Below, in pieces: positions 61,996-64,000 of a DNA stretch of 64,000 bases. Every line of letters starts with the position of its first letter. Positions within the stretch are counted from its first letter, which is position 1. Source of the stretch: Antedon mediterranea (lineage: Eukaryota; Animalia; Echinodermata); assembly GCF_964355755.1 (NCBI RefSeq), contig NC_092676.1, positions 19,982,871 through 20,046,870 on the forward strand, given 5' to 3'. The notes beneath the pieces were generated by a model. That model saw only the letters and a list, made by a program, of their open reading frames with translations, made no database searches and was not told where the DNA came from. Both the position numbers and the translations under genes were made by a program.

Positions 61996-64000
61996 TTCAA
62001 TGAGTATGGTGTCAGAAAAACTTCAGTCCACAGGTTGCAACATTTTTTGCCCATATATCAACAAAAACATCACCTATTAAATGAGGTGTCACAAATTGTA
62101 CACATTGTGTGGAATGCTGAATTTCTTTTGGATGAATGATTATAGTTCGTTGATGAACTTTGATTCAAAATTAAATTTTGAAATAAAAAATTTTGTTTGA
62201 AATGATTGAGATGTGTTGAGGGTCAGTGTCAAAAATTTAATGATAGATGAAGAAAAAACTACGCAATATTTCGATTTCTAAAGGTTTCTTTGGTGGATAA
62301 CTTTTGAAATTTAACTTCATTACAACAATTTCTTTTTGCCTGTCGGGGCAGACCTTTTTAAGTCCAGTTGCCCAGTGTAAATTTTTGGTTGAACCTTGGA
62401 CAACTGATTATGCGAGCACTGCTATCTGAATGATATAGACATGACAATGTTTAGGCTGTCACTATTACCAAAATACTGTAGGTCCACACTTAATGACTGT
62501 ATGCATATCAAGGCCTAGCAGCTGTTGCGGACAGCCCCTGCAGTGTTGTCTTTGGGCTTGGTCACTCAATACTTGACCACTACCAATGGACAGGTCAAAG
62601 TGAAAGGGCGGTTGTTAAATTAGTAAATGACTACCCACAGATTAGATCATTAATGGTTTGAATGGTCAGGCTATCATGTTTACCATAATTGGTAAAAAGG
62701 TGAATCCAAAAAAGAAACAACGCAATTTAAAAACCAACAGAATAAAACAGGTACAGTTTATGAACTTGCTCGCAGGAAGGGAAGAAAATAGGGGAAAACA
62801 GAAAAATGGAGGAAGGAAGAGGAAAAGAAAGGGAAGAAGAAAGGGAGAAAAAAAGGAAGCGAGAGGAAGGTGGAAAGGAAACTAGGAAGGAAGCTGGGAA
62901 AGAAGGAGTGGTCAATAGCCTACTCTGATTACATTACTCATAAGATATGTTTCATAGTATAATAGTAGGGGACTTTCCAATCTATATATTTAACCTTCGT
63001 ACTGTACATCCATTGAACATATGTAGACTTATTATAGCATTGTAGATTAAGTTCAAATTTTCCAGACGGTGTTTCAATTAAGGTACTTGATGTATACAGA
63101 TACTGATACTCGAAACTGTACGATAATGTTGACATATTGTAAAATATTAATGATAGGTAAATATAAATTACTGTTAAGATTTAAAAAATCATATCACAGT
63201 CTTGAATACAATGCAGTGATGGAGCATGAAGGAAACCAACTGATAGTTAGCACTGGACTTGATCCTATATTCCACCAAGAAATTCTTATGGTTTTTCTCA
63301 ATTTTATGGCACCCGCCCTTAACATTTCCTACGTCCGTGCCAATGTTTAACAGTGATTTGGCAGCTAATTTGTTTAAATGTTTGTTTTCTAGGAGCATAA
63401 AACTTACAATATTTACACAAGATGTTTGAAATACACTGGATAAGTACCAGTCTGTGTTTCAAAAGCAGACTGAAAATATCCGACTTATGAGTACTGTATG
63501 CTGGCATTGGCAAACAAATCATTTATTGTTTTTGAACATTAAAGACCACCACAACTACAGGGTATCCTAATAATAAAATTACAATTAAACATAAAAATCG
63601 AAACACATTTCACTTTCTGATTGAAGATATGTCACAAACCAAACAGTGTTATAATATAGTACAGTAGTTTCACATTGCTTACAAATTCAGAATGTTGTGG
63701 ATCCAAAAGAATGAATATTTTCTGTTGTATGCAGAGCATTATTATGTATTGGCATCAAGAGCACCGCAAAGCAAAAATGATTGTATACTTACACTGCAGA
63801 CTCATTTACTAATTTAAGATGTACCGTATTTATACCTTTGTGAGATATTTGTTAGGCTTCTCTTTAGAATCTATATAAATTTACGTAAGGGCAAAATTCG
63901 GTAAATCGCGCGTTATTTCTAGAATGTTTACTCGATGGTATATAAAGTTGGTTAGAATCTCGGTACTGATTTTAACCACCTTATGTAACCCTGTTTACTA

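Overview
AT-rich, intron-rich animal genomic DNA. The Deu/Nin-SINE, CORE-SINE, Kolobok-like and Crypton-like repeats suggest a marine invertebrate, plausibly a deuterostome (inference). Two protein-coding genes can be reconstructed from splice sites and reading frames: a two-exon TMEM86/YhhN lysoplasmalogenase (+, 22112-23482, 241 aa) and a convergent ten-coding-exon NDR-family kinase STK38/tricornered (-, 60245 to 38236, 471 aa). A possible third, unidentified gene runs leftwards off the window (candidate exons near 18478, 12424-12481 and 1996-2074). The rest is a dense set of non-autonomous DNA transposons (Harbinger/PHIS, Kolobok, Tc1/mariner, MULE-foldback, P-like, Crypton-like, Helentron-like), tRNA-derived SINEs, one truncated LINE and several minisatellites, which account for nearly all long ORFs in the track. 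I found no convincing novel multi-gene system. The most interesting signals concern STK38 splicing (triplicated decoy acceptors with stop codons, a stop codon overlapping a splice donor, a large YCAY array) and unusual repeat architectures. All coordinates were read by eye and no searches were run.
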